64,000 nucleotides of DNA from Octopus sinensis (taxonomy: Eukaryota), in NCBI RefSeq assembly GCF_006345805.1, contig NC_043001.1, positions 1,612,001 through 1,676,000 of the forward strand, written 5' to 3'. The notes under the pieces are model-generated. The model was not told the DNA's origin, ran no database searches, and saw only the letters and a program-made list of their open reading frames with translations. A program made the translations under genes and the position numbers. Numbering within the stretch: the stretch's first letter is position 1; each line of letters begins with the position of its first letter. Positions 25,516 to 39,130 of this stretch are shown here, one piece after another.

Positions 25516-27861
25516 GAAGAATGTACCCCACAACATAGACTGGTAGTTAGTGACTTTAGGATCAGGACTAGGAGGACAACCAGAAGACGACAAATATGGA
25601 GAAGAAGGATCTGGAAGCTTAAAGATCCTGCAAATGGACAGAGATTTAGGGACATATTACTTGAAGCCTCTGACGAAGTAGAAGGGGATAGAGCATCACA
25701 GGGGGTAGAAGAAGGCTGGACGTTTCTAAGGGACAACCTGCTGAGAGCCACTGACCAGATCTGTGGCTGGTGCAAAGTCCCCTCTCGACCTAGAATAACG
25801 TGGTGGTGGAACAATATTGTAGACAGGGCTATTAGAGAAAAGAGACAGGCTTGGAAGGTCTGGAAAAATGGGGGTAGCAGGGAATTGTATCAGACTGCCA
25901 AAAGAGAAGCTAGGAGACAGGTTTATTTAGCCAGAGGGGAAGCAGATAAGAAAAAATTTGCCAATGTTCTGCGCCGTGAGGACCAAAGACTGGAGGTGTT
26001 TCGTGTTGCAAGACAGTGTGTGAGAGAGAATCGTGATGTGGTAGGAGAGAAGTGTGTTCGCATGGAAGATGGTTCACTTGCGCTAAATGAGGATGCAAAG
26101 AGAGAGGTTTGTAGATGCCACTATGAAAGGTTGCTGAATGAAGAAAATGAATGGGATAAAGAGAGTCTGCCGAATGTTGACCCAACAGAGGGACCAGCTA
26201 TCCGAGTTGATAGTTCTGTGGTAGCTAAGGCAATTAGAAGCATGAAGACAGGGAAAGCCCCAGGCCCATCAGGAATCACTGCAGAGATGCTCAAAATGTT
26301 TGGTAGTGTCGGCTATAGCCTAGTCACCCATATAGTTAATCAGGTGATACACAAAGGGGTCATACCCAATGACTGGTGTAGCAGTATAATAGTCAACTGC
26401 TACAAAGGTAAAGGTGATGCCCTAGATACAAATAACTACAGAGGTATCAAGCTGTTGGACCAGGTGATGAAGGTTACGGAGAGGGTCATAGCCCAACTAA
26501 TTAGAGAGAGAGTTAGTTTAGATGAGATGCAGTTTGGGTTTGTGCCAGGGAAAAGTACTACTGATGCTATATTCCTGGTAAGGCAGCTGCAGGAGAAATA
26601 CCTAGCCAAAGATAAGCCCCTGTACCTGGCTTTTGTTGACATGGAGAAAGCCTTCGACAGGGTCCCCCGATCCCTTATCTGGTGGGCAATGAGAAAACTA
26701 GGGATAGATGAATGGTTAGTGAGAGCTGTGCGGGCCATGTATAGGGACGCCGCTAGTAGGGTGAGGGTTGGAAATGAGTACAGTGAAGAATTCCGGGTAG
26801 AGGTAGGGGTCCACCAAGGCTCAGTACTCAGCCCCCTCCTATTTATCATAGTCCTCCAGGCAATAACGGAGTAATTCAAGACAGGATGCCCTTGGGAGCT
26901 CCTCTATGCTGATGACCTTGCTCTAATTGCTGAGTCGCTATCAGAACTGAAGGAGAAGTTTCAGGTGTGGAAACAAGGATTAGAATCGAAGGGCCTCAGA
27001 GTCAATCTAGCTAAAACCAAAGTCGTAATCAGTAGGAAGGTAGACAAATCACAAACACCTTCAGGTAGATGGCCCTGCTCGATCTGTAGGAAAGGTGCAG
27101 GTAGAAACTCTATAAGATGCACCAAGTGTAAGCTATGGACACATAAGAGATGCAGCAATGTCAAAGGAAGTCTAACTAGCAAGATGGTTTTTGTATGTGG
27201 CAGATGCTCAGGAACAATAAACACTGAAAATGCTCTGAGACCAACTTCCGTCACTTTCCAGGGAGAAAAACTAGAAATAGTTGATAGTTTCCGTTACCTA
27301 GGTGACCAAGTCAGCAGCGGGGGCGGGTGTGCTGAAAGTGTAACTGCTAGAGTAAGAATAGCTTGGGCAAAGTTCAGAGAGCTCTTACCTCTGCTGGTGA
27401 CAAAAGGCCTCTCGCACAGAGTGAAAGGCAGACTGTATGATGCGTGTGTACGAACAGCCATGCTACATGGCAGTGAAACATGGGCCGTGACTGCTGAGGA
27501 TATGCGTAAGCTCGCTAGAAATGAAGCCAGTATGCTCCGATGGATGTGTAATGCCGGTACTCACACTCGGCAGAGTGTAAGTACCTTGAGAGAAAAGCTG
27601 GACCTAAGAAGCATCAGTTGTGGTGTGCAAGAGAGACGTTTGCGCTGGTATGGTCATGTGGCGAGAATGGATGAAGATAGTTGTGTGAAAAAGTGCCACA
27701 CCCTAGCGGTTGAGGGAACCTGTGGAAGAGGCAGACCCAGGAAAACCTGGGACGAGGTGGTGAAGCACGACCTTCGAACTTTAGGTCTCACTGAGGAAAT
27801 GACTAGAGACCGAGACCTCTGGAAGTGTGCTGTGCGCGAGAAGACCCGGCAGGACAAGTGA
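25516..27861 (+). pseudogene. RTE LINE ORF (end of endonuclease, RT with PHD insert, C-terminus), 5'-truncated, one nonsense codon
   Basis: Open from EECTPQHRLVVSDF (25516) to TAA 26872-26874 (GAA in the 40.3 kb copy), then in frame FKTGCPWELLYADDLAL to TGA 27861; motifs GKAPGPSG, NYRGIKLL, AFVDMEKAFD, GVHQGSVLSP, YADD, FRYLG. Confidence 0.92.
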
Positions 27862-28455
27862 GTCCACAACCCGTGGCCTTCTACATGGGATGGAGCCAGC
27901 CTACGTATGCATACCTTCCCTTCTTGGGACACAAAACTCTACTTGTGAAGACGTGTTGAGGCAAGTGAGGATCAGAATCGAAATCGATCAATGGAAATTG
28001 CGGATGTGCTACCAGTGCCGGTGGCATGTCGAAACTCTGCTTGTGAAGACCCATTGAGGCAAGTGAGGATCAGAATCGAAATCGATCAATGGAAATCGAT
28101 CAATGGAAATTGCAGATGTGTTACCAGTGCCGGTGGCATGTAAGAGAACTTTCCGTTTCGCGACCGTTGCCAGCACCGCCCCGTTTCGTGTCCGTTGCCA
28201 GCCTCGCCTGGCCCTCGTGCCGGTGGCACATAAAAAGCACCATCCGTTCGTGGCCGTTTGCCAGCTCTGTCTGGCACCAGTGCGGGTGGCACGTAAAAAG
28301 CACCCACTACACTCACGGAGTGGTTGGCGTTAGGAAGAGCATCCAGCCGTAGAAACACTGCCAGATTTGACTGGGCCTGATGAAGCCTTCTGGCTTCACA
28401 GACCCCAGTAGAACCGTCCAACCCATGCTAGCATGGAAAACGGACGCTAAATGAT
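27862..28455 (+). mobile_element. RTE 3' UTR with internal repeats and (GAT)n tail
   Basis: About 97 bp duplication (27942/28039), gtgccggtggca modules, ends ccaacccatgctagcatggaaaacggacgctaaa(tga)n. Confidence 0.85.
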
Positions 28456-28509
28456 GATGATGATGATGATGATATCCATATATACATGTGTGTATATATG
28501 TGTGTATGT

Positions 28510-28921
28510 AAGTGTCACCTTACTGGCACTTGAGCCCCGTGCTAGTAGGGTGCTAAGAGCATCATCTGAGCATGATCATTGCCAGAGTGGCTAACTGGCT
28601 TCTGTGCCGGTGGCAGGTAAGAGGCACCATTCGAGCATGATTGTTACCAGCATCGCCTTACTGGCAACTGTGCCAGTGGCATGTGTAAAAAGATTCGAGT
28701 GATGTCATTGCCAGTACTGCCTGACTGACCCTTGTGCCGGTGGCACATAAAAGCACCCACTACAGTCTTGGAGTGGTTGGTGTCAGGAAGGGCATCCAGC
28801 TTTAGGAACTCTGCCAGACCAAGTTTGGAGCCTGGTGCAGCCATCTGGTTCCCCAGTCCTCAGTCAAATCGTCCAACCCATGCTAGCATGGAAAGCGGAC
28901 GTTAAATGATGATGATGATGA
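28510..28921 (+). mobile_element. RTE-family 3' UTR-only copy
   Basis: gtgccggtggca modules plus the identical terminal motif and (GAT)n tail. Confidence 0.75.
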
Positions 28922-31900
28922 TATATACATATATATACATATACATATTTACACACGCACATACGCACACATACATACATACACACATGCATACACAAGC
29001 AAATACACATATATATGAATGATAAGCTTCCATTTCTTTTTGTTTTCATTTCTTCTGGAGATAATCCATGCCGCTTCTGACCGTGTCCACCCCACCCCCA
29101 CGACTCCCCACACTTCCACTCCCGACCCCCACACTCTCCGCCGCTTCACCCCCACCTCTCACCCTATCTTGCCTTTATGACTTTCGTTTCGCTTCGGTTG
29201 CCTCCAAGTATATAAACATGTATATACTCATACATAGTTTATTTTCTTCACAGTCAATAAAATCCGATCAATTTCACAAATGGTCTGTGTCCAACTGCAC
29301 CGCAGACACTTTACATAACATTTGCTCTCAATCACCTTCACTCAGCTTAAACAAAGATGGTGAGTTATTCTAGAAGCAAACCACCAGCAATTTAACTGAA
29401 ACTGCCATAAAAAACAAAACTAACATGAACCAGCGAGGGAGCCTCTGTGTGGTCTCTAAAACTCTTAGTAATAGCAGCTAAATGAGCCAATGTGGAGGCT
29501 TCTTCACCGTCTAGAATTGATAAACACTCCTTTCATATAGATCTGCTGAACTGGACTTGACCAGGGGTTTAATAATGACTGCAACCACCACTACCATGCA
29601 ATAAACTTAGAAGAATATTTCAAAGCAGTTTTTTTTCCTTGATAACATAACAGCTCAGTCTCTCACAATAAACTGTGTTTTGATAAAATTTGTAGAGTTT
29701 TCTTGTATATCATTATCAGCAGCAGCAGTAGCATCATTATCATCATCATTCAATGTTCCTCCTCCTCATCATCATCATCATCATCAAATGGTCATCTTCC
29801 AAGCTGACATGTTCTGCATGGCTTGGCAGCAACCAGCAAGCTGGACGCTTGCATTGAGCTCCAATGTCTATTTTGAGTTTGGTTTCTATGGCTGGATGCC
29901 TTTCCTAATGCCTTTTTTTGTTGTTTTGTGACATCAGAGCTAGTGATGTCGCCATGTGAACTGCAAAACTAAGAAAAGATCCTCAACTAAATGGGGATGC
30001 TGTAGAGAGGAAGGTGACTGGTGCCGAGAGGTTAGGGTATGGGAGAAGGATGTGCACAGTTGCCTTGCTTTAGAGGAGACACCTGGCCATTCCGTATTGC
30101 ATATGGATGGGTGGGAGTAATTGCAAAGAAGACAAAAGTCTTGGTGATGTCAGAGAGTATTCTGAAAGAACAAAAGAATGAGTTTAGGAGAGAATAGAAA
30201 GAGAGGATCAGGAAGGGTTGGTAAGGAGGGGGATAAATTCTTAAGAGTATGAAAGGAGAGTAAGAGAGGGTTAGAGATGGGGGTAGGGGTGAATGACGAG
30301 CAAGGGTGGCGGTGAGGTTGATGGGAAGAAGAAGAAAAATGGAGGAAAATATAAAAGAAATTAATATAAAAGTGAAAAAGTAAAACATAAAATGAAAAGG
30401 CAAAAAATGAAAAATAAAAGTAAAACAAAAATTAGAAAATAAATGTCAAAATTTAAAAATACTGACTATAAAAGCTATATAAAAATAGACATGAGGAGAA
30501 GGAGGAGTAAGAGGAGGAGAAAGAGGAGTATGGGTCTAGACATAGTGTGAGGAGTTTAGTCAGAATATGGAGAAAGAGAGAGAGAAATGTCTGTTTGATG
30601 TTTGAATAATTTTTGAAGAAAAGTTAAAAGGAAACTAGAATTGGTCATATGTCAGTCTTATGTTATGATTAATTGTTATTTAATTATTATTTATTTAATT
30701 AATTTAAGCATCAATGTAAAATTGGTAAACCATGACAACAGAGAAAGGTATATAATCCCCCCCTTGTGAATAAGAACAAATAAAAACACCAAAATGAACA
30801 AAAATGTCAATACAAAGAGAAAAAATTGGGAAAAACTTCATAAAAAGAAAAGTTAAGCTTTTAGAAATAACAGTATTTGTAAGAGAGTGGAAGGGGGGGG
30901 GTAGTGAGATGCATCAAGTTTGAGAGGTAATGTATACTTTAGTGTTGGGCATGGGAGGAGGTAGGTTGTGCAAAGTGGCTTTGCATGAACCATACACACA
31001 TAAATACATACATGCATACATGTATATGCACTTACAAATTCTGACATACCACTATTGTGAACATACACGTGTGTGTATGTGTGTATTTACACACACACAC
31101 CTACATATACATGTACAATCCCACAAAAACATACACATAAATACATAGACAAATGCACACACTTATAGACATATACCTACATCTCTTCCCATATATCTGC
31201 GTCTGTATGCGCTTACTTAGGGAAGAACCCCCATACTTACCCGAACCTTTATTTTGTCAACCCAATAGCAGTGAAGGACAAAGTTGATTTTGGCAGAATT
31301 TGAGATTGGAATGTAAAGAATCGAAAGAAATACAAGATTCATTTTATGACTTTCTAACATTTCTGTCAATTTGCTGTCTTAAATAAAAAAACTAGCAATG
31401 AAAATATAAAAGATATTTGCAATGGTTATGCTAAGACTTTCGAAAATTTCTTGTGATTGATGATGTATAAAGTACTAAAGTGTATTTTTTCCATAGCACA
31501 AACATGAGAAACGGAATAATCCTCGGCTAAACAGGATTATTTAGTTTCTCTACATTCTCTCTGCTCATCTTTGCAATCCACTTACAATACATACTCAGTG
31601 CATTTATCATGGACCCAGCTCTAAAGAGGTCGTCTTGCCAAACAGTCACCTCTTACCGATACAAAATTGTTTTGGAGATTGGAAAGTACAGAAATACAGA
31701 ATGTGAAATGCAAAGATGAAAAATAAAGCAAACAAAATGGAAATCATCCATTTCCCAGAAGAGAAATTTATCAATATGGAATTCTAGGGATATATAAATC
31801 CAAAATATATCGATTACTGAAAGATGAAATGCAGAAGCTATGACTCTCTTTACTGAGAGTGAAAAGAAAGCAATGTGGAACTGGTGATATGAGGTGGGTA

Positions 31901-31949
31901 GTAAGATGCATGGGATAAGAAATGTCTCCCAAAGATGGATTCAACATCC

Positions 31950-33010
31950 ATTCAGGGTGACAATAATATATTGGATAGAGTTATTAATGATATGAAAACA
32001 CTGAAGACTCCCAGGGAATCACAAATTACGAGGGAGATGCTAAAAATGTGCGGAAGAGTACATGCTAGTCTTGTGTTTAGTAAATCAAGTTGTAGAGGAA
32101 GTGGCCATAATCTGATTGCTGACAGTGTTAACCACCATCATTGTTTACTCTGAGGACAAAGAAGAGAAGAAACTTCCAAGGCATTCTTACACTGTTAGAT
32201 CAGATAATAAAGGTTATAGAAAGGGTTATGGCACAATTGATTAGATAGAAAATCAACAAAGACGAGATGCAATGTTTGTGAGGAGAAGGAAAATGACTTT
32301 TGCTATTTTGCTTGTGAAACAAACTCAGAAGTATTTAGCTTGCTGTTCATAGAACGACAGGGATTTGTTGACTTAGAGATGGTCTGTGACAGGATTCCAT
32401 GCTCTGCAATCTGGATGCAGAAGAGGCAGACTTCATATGCAGAATTGGTGAATAGGGCTGTCAGCATTAGAAACAAGGAGTAAATTGATTCCCTCAAATA
32501 CACAAAAGGCTCCCCAAAAAGATTTGAATACCTTTGTTACCTGAGTGACCTAATTCTCTATTATAGGGGTCGGTGCCCTTGATAGCGTTGCACTCAGGAT
32601 ATCAATGGGCCGGGAACTGTTCGGGAAGCTATTATCTATGCTAGCAATAAGGAGCTTCTTCCTCTGGGGGTAAGGTCGAGTGTATGATGCATGTGTGCAA
32701 AGTGTGATGCTGTATGGTTTAAGAACATGGATCCTGAGTGCAAAGAGGGTAGCAATGACCAAAAGCAAATGATGCCAGAGTGTAATGCTGAATGCAAAAT
32801 ATTAGTTGCATCAGAACAACTTTGTTTCAAAGAACTGGGAGTAAAAGTAAATCTAAGAGAAGAGAGAAGACCGTATTGATGTGGGAAGGGATGATGTGTA
32901 TGGAACCGATGGAAGAAAGAGGTTGAGAAAGAGGAAACTCCATGAAGATAATGCCAAAGGATTGTGTTGACTGGTGACAAATGACCTCTCTACTCATGCA
33001 AAAGCCGAGT
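31950..33010 (+). mobile_element. Heavily decayed RTE RT relic
   Basis: ITREMLKM, LLDQIIKVIERVMAQLIR and ggtcgagtgtatgatgcatgtgtgc (RLYDACV-like) remnants collinear with the 25.5 kb copy. Confidence 0.6.
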
Positions 33011-33792
33011 GGAACAAACAGGAAAACTGGTGTTGGGAAAGGCTGGGAGATTTAACACACTGATTGTCACCAATGGCCTCTACTGCCATTCCTTCCCTTC
33101 GAGTTTGCTCATTATTTACCCCCCCCCGGTGTGCTCCTCCATTGTTATCCATCACTCCCCTCCACCATCCCCTAACCCTAAGAACTCTCTCTCTCTCTGC
33201 TGCCATACAACATGCTCTCTTTACCCCCACCAGTTATAATGGTTCTCCCAATTCCAGTCACTTTCTTCCTCCTCTGCAGTATTGTCTTCAGTGAATGAAT
33301 GGACCCAAGCTAAATGAGGAGTTTAGTTTTACAGGGTAGAACAAAACCCCCCACTATCAGGATGTTTTGTAAAGGGTTTGGTGGAAACTCAAAATTGAAA
33401 CTGTGCTGAGGAGAGCCATTAGTCTGATTGAGGAGATGAGGCTTCTCTTGATCCTGGAACCACAATCGAATACATTGAGGACACTGTAAGGTAGATGACG
33501 GTGACGGTGGGGAGAGGTATAAACGAAATCAGAACTGAAATGTACAAGTGTGATGTGGTCTTTTGATCCACATTGGAGGCCAGTGACTCTGGCACAGATT
33601 GTAATGGCCTCTTCATCTCATATCAGAATGGAAAGTGGACACAGAACAATAATGATGATGACAATGATGATATATTATTATAATGATTTTCAAGTGGTTT
33701 TACAAAGAAAGCAGAGAATACTCAATACATTATGTAGAGTAAGTACATTTATTAAAGGCTACATACATGCATATATATATACATGCACATCA

Positions 33793-33837
<45 letters not shown>

Positions 33838-33952
33838 TATATATATATATATATGTATGTATGTATAAAACTGTCTAGCTTACTAATTGCATTTAATGTT
33901 ATGGCTGTCTGCTGAGATTGTTTGATCTAAAATAATTTGTTATCTGAAGAGG

Positions 33953-33998
<46 letters not shown>

Positions 33999-35029
33999 AA
34001 TACAATAAATAAAGGAATAAATAAAAGGATAAAATAATAACAGTAATAATAAAAATAACAACCACAACAACAATAATAATAATAATCTTCATTTAGTCTA
34101 ATTTAACCTGATTATTGTAAAAACAACTGTGAAATGTCTTCTCACTTAAGCTTAGCAATTCCTCTCATAATACATGAAATAGTGAAACTAGACTTTACTT
34201 TCACATGTCAATACCAATTTGTTTGGGAAATTTTCAATAACTAACTCACTATATTGTATTGTAGCGTTCATTCAGATATTTGGTGCGTAGTTCTACTTTT
34301 TGTTTTGTTTTGTTTTGTTGAGGTGGTGGTGGCGGTGGTGGTGGTGCGTAGTTAATAATCTTTTCTAGGTATTCATTGCCTGGAAAACTAAGAGAGCAAT
34401 AATTGAATTTAGAATCAATACTTCAGATAACATTCTTGATTTGTTGGGTGTTCACTTGGCTGATCCTTATTCTTTTTGTCCTTATTAGCAGGGATTTTAA
34501 TTATAAACCCTACTTAGATCTTAATTGCACAACTAATTACTATACACCCACCTCCCCACCCGTATTTACCACATGTAATTTCTGTAGTAGTACATGGTCA
34601 TGTGGTTAAGTTCTCTTTGCATTAGAAGGATTCTAGGTTCATTTCCAAGGCACAGCTTAGTACCTGGGGCAAAGTCTTCTTCCAGAGTCTCTGATATTGA
34701 GCTAAACTGAGCAGAGAGAAACTGTGTAGAGGTCTGTGGAATGGACAATACCTGATGGTTTTCCATTAGTTTCCAAAGTTCCACAAAGGTCAAAGGCTCC
34801 ACTTCCTCTTCTACTCTTATTAGAAATATAAGAAACAGCAATCATCATCGTTATTTTAATGTCCAGTATTCCAGAGTTGGGCCAGTTGCATGGAATTTAT
34901 GGGTGCAAATATACTGCAGCTGGATGCTCTTCCTGTTGCCAACCTCCACCTTTACCCAAGCATGTTTATATTTCCCCACAGCAAAGACATGCAACTTTTG
35001 TAGAATATTGGAAATATATTGTTCACAAG

Positions 35030-35366
35030 AGCGGCTGTCTTGTTTCTGTGCTGGTGGCATGTAAAAGACACCATTTGAGTGTGATCGTTACCAGCATCGC
35101 CTTACTGGCACCTGTGCCGGTGGCATGTGTAAAAGATTCGAGTGAGGTCATTGCCAGTACCACCTGACTGGCCCTGTGCTGGAGGCATGTAAAAGCACCC
35201 ACTACACTCTCGGAGTGGTTGGCATTAGGAAGGGCATCCAGCTGTAGAAACTCTGCCAGATCAAGATTGAAGCCTGGAGCAGTCATCTGGTTCTCCAGCC
35301 CGCAGTCATTCATCCAACCCATACTAGCATGGAAAGCGGACGTTAAACGATGATGATGATGATGAT
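35030..35366 (+). mobile_element. RTE-family 3' UTR-only copy
   Basis: Similar to 28600-28921; (GAT)n tail. Confidence 0.75.
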
Positions 35367-38300
35367 GTATAGTAGTGATATACTCATTGAAATATTCTGT
35401 GATGTCCAGACAAGGAGAGACAGCCATGAACACATGCATTTATGGTTCAGTTTCAGTCTACCAGAACCATGGTCGACCCAGGACTACAGGAGAAGACGCT
35501 TTTACCAGATGCCATGCAGTGGAACCAAAAACTCTGTGATTTTGAAGGAAACTTCATAACCTTACAGCCATGCCTATATTATCATGTTTTAAGTTTGTCT
35601 CTCACTCCTCTCCTGTGTTGGTGCCATCATAAAATGCACTCAATAGAATTGTGAGACCCCTATAGTCTTGTGGAAAAGCATAACAACCTTTTCTAGTGTT
35701 GGAGTCATAAACAGTGCTTTCTTTTGAGAGGTTTGTTTTAGGGAGGACATCCAGCCATAGAAACCAAGCCAAATGAAACTTTCCTGTGAGATGTGGTCCT
35801 CTACCCCATCCAGGAGAGCAGAACTTACTCATCTAACCCATGCCAACATGGAAAATAGATGACAATGCTGATGACAATAATGTTCCTGTATCAATTAATT
35901 GATAATGGATAGCTAATTACAAAGTATCAAATTTTCTTAGTTTGAAGTAGTTTACATTGAAAAAGAAGACTGTTGACTGAACGTTATTTGAGAAGAGCAA
36001 ATATGATCAATGACCATTCTTTCCAAACCCAAACAACGAAGATATGGAACCTTGTTGTGTTGGAGGAGCTTTTGTGAATGAAATGTAGGGTAGAAGCCCC
36101 AGTGGTTACCCAAGCGTTCAAGCATACCCTTCTCTCTATCACCAATATTTGTCCAACGGAAACTCTGTTGATTAGGCTGATATAGTTTGACATTTGTATT
36201 GTCACACAAAGAGTTGGGACAGATAACCACAAGCTGTTTTTTCCAGCCCTCAAACCCCTCCTCCAATCCACCAAATGGTTCCCAAGTGAATGACAGTTCA
36301 GTCAGCTCTAATCTTTTGCTCTCTTGCCTTGGATGGGAGGTGTGTGTGTGGGGGGTGGGTAATAATGACAATGACTTGGTCAGTTTTTAGGAAACAGTAC
36401 CACCAAAAATGGAAATGGATAAAAATATTCCAAAAGATGAAGTTGGAACAGAAAATTATTTACTTTCCCATTTTCTTCTCACAGTAGTCATCATCATAAC
36501 CATCAAGTCATCACCATTATTTTTATGCCTGCTGTCGATATTGTCATAAATTGGACGAAAGTATTTGAGGCAGCATTTTATGGTCGGATGACTTTCCTGA
36601 TGCCAACGTCTTTAGTTATCTTTGCTAGTATCCATGGATTTGATGCTAAAATATCCAGGGATATTCTCAAATTCAGAAGACCCACTGGGATTATCCAGAC
36701 TTTCGTCTACTAAATAAGAAGTTGGTAAACTTTTTTAGAGGCAGATTAGATTGGGAAAGGCTTTATGTCTTCCACTCCTAACTGAACACACACACACACA
36801 CACAAGGAAAAAGAAAAAAATAACCCTGGATCCTACAAGGTTATCAAAATGGTAAATTTTGGAAACATTATGTTCAAATTTCACCTGTTAGCTTTAATAA
36901 CAGAGAAATTGGTTTGTGCCATGAATAAGACAACATGTTGGGAAGTATTAAAACAACATTTCTGGTGAGGCTGAATGGAAGAAATTATGGTGGCAGGATA
37001 AATGGTGCAGCAGGAACCAGTTTATTTACTTTCATCAAAAAACAACACTCCCTCATTTCTTAGAATCAATTTATTCCTGTAAACTAAATGGCAACAATGT
37101 ATGAAATGCTATTAAGTCTGTGTTGCTCCATTCATTTAGGAAGGTGAAACCATTTACTGCTTCAAATATTTCACCTGGGGAAACTTTCATTGCCACCAAT
37201 CGAAGTCATCTCACTAATTTTTTTTAACAGAAAACATTAATTCATTTGAGGTTGCACCAAATGTCAGACATAGGCTCTAGTCTTCTTCTTCTTCTTCTTA
37301 TTATTATTATTGAGTGTTATTGTTCATAAATTGAATAATGTTAGAAATTTCCTGTCTGCAACATCACAATAAAGTTGGTTGTTCAATTTTGGCCCATGGA
37401 CTCTTGTTTACTGGCTTCTTCTCTAAATTATAATATTTCCTTCCCAAGATATTTCAAAAATTTTAGTCTATTTTATTTCAGATCGTAAAGCTCCAATACC
37501 GAGCAGCATTGTAAAACTGTGAGATAGAATGTCTTGATATATTGGTTCTGTGTTCTGGTGCTCTGAGTTCAAATCTCACCAATGTCAAATTTTCTTGTCG
37601 CCCTTTTCGATGACAATAAAAAAAATATACCTATTGAAGGTGGTGGATTGCCAGAACTGTGGGAGGGTCTAGGGTAGATCCTTGTGATGTTTGTTTTGGT
37701 TGTTTGTGTTCTAACAGCAATGTCACTGGTGCCAAACTGTTTTGGTCCAAGTCAGTGGACCATCTCTTGGATAAACATTAGTATTGTAGGGAAAGGGGAG
37801 ATTTTCAGGTATGGGCAAGTATTTGTCTTCCTCAAAAATATTGATGAGGCCTGTGCATACTTGTACAGGTGTGTGGTCACCCTTGATTGATGGGGGCCCT
37901 AATAAAGTAGACGTTAAATGATGATGGTGATGAAGGGACATTCTATATTGTTACATAATCTGCTAGATATAGCAGTCAAATGTATGTCAGATCACACTTT
38001 ACAACAAAAAAAAAAGTGAAGAATAAATTGGACACTGTAGTCTGGAAGGTTGGCCATGGATGGAAGGTATTTGATCTAGACTGATTAAGGATAGCAACAA
38101 TGGCAATAACAATACTGCCACACCACCAACAACAACAACCATCCCTCCACCCCATTCATTATCATATTTGTCAAAGCCTCCAACCCATGCTAGCACAGAA
38201 TAAGGACATTAAATGATGATGATGGAAATGGTGTAAAATAGCATTAGGAGTTAAAAGTTTGGAATTAGCCAATAATTAGTTCAGCACATTTCTGATGGCA

Positions 38301-38392
38301 TCTGTTATAACAAATGTAATGAGGAGGAGCATGATAAACATGGCTCCAGCATGGCCACTGCCAAACAAGAAAAATAATAAACGGCATATACA

Positions 38393-38440
<48 letters not shown>

Positions 38441-38539
38441 CACCTGGCATATATACATATGTATGTGCGTATGAATAAATGTCAGTTCACTCCTTGTGTT
38501 ACCAGCAACCTGTAACCCAGAGCAACTTGTTGCATGGTC

Positions 38540-39130
38540 TGGCCATTGGCAACAAAATGGGCAACACTTCCAAGCCTGCTTGGTAAGGAGTTGAGATTTT
38601 GTTGGACATCCTGCAGGACAAATGCCAAACCTGTGAAAGACAGATGAACTTAGTTGATTGAAAGGCCAAACAAGAGCTTGAAGAGAGAGAGACCCCAAGG
38701 TCTTATTTTAGAAGATGAAATACTCTGAGGTAACAGCTTTGACTACACTTGCATCCAATGATGTAGACTAGTTCTTTTTGGACAAAGGCTTACATTATTT
38801 AGAGAGTAAAGCTGGCCCTGTACAAGACCTTCCCTCATTCTAAAAAGCTTCCTTTTTAAAAAAATATCTCTGTTATGTATTGCATATTCTAAAAAGCTTC
38901 ATTTAAAAAAAAATATATCTCTATCATGTGTTGCATATTATGGCTGGGTATAACTGAGAAAGGAAAAGTATTCAATGAAAAATTCCATAATGGAATGAAG
39001 GCATGCGTCAGTGTGGGTGGTAAGCCCTCTGAATACCAGCTGCAGGAGGCGCCCATCATTGCCAGTGTAAAGAGTGTAAGTCTGTAGCAGGGCTGAAAAG
39101 CCACATCTGGGCTGATCCTGTCTAACAGAA
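38540..39130 (+). mobile_element. Possible very old RTE-BovB-like RT fragment
   Basis: FHNGMKACVSVGGKPSE (about 38975-39030) resembles FHDGMxARVxxGGxxS; ILLDILQDKCQ resembles RQLQEKC. Confidence 0.3.

Noticed and set aside
27942-28320. Repeat-spacer-like pattern resembling a CRISPR array
   Set aside because: Internal modules of a eukaryotic LINE 3' UTR; no cas genes or unique spacers
28375-28400. CTGATGA-AGCC-TTCT-GGCT in the RTE 3' UTR
   Set aside because: No GAAA follows; other copies read cctggtgcagcc, so the match is incidental
5321-29359. Phase-compatible chain of plus-strand candidate exons (5321-5397, about 7988-8032, 22272-22321, 29254-)
   Set aside because: The joined peptide is unrecognisable and such phase matches arise easily by chance
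33171-33182. CCCTAACCCTAA telomere-like motif
   Set aside because: Only two units
38476-38634. Strong minus-strand acceptor with three open frames (GLAFVLQDVQQNLNS...)
   Set aside because: No convincing donor, and the plus strand resembles a decayed RTE RT
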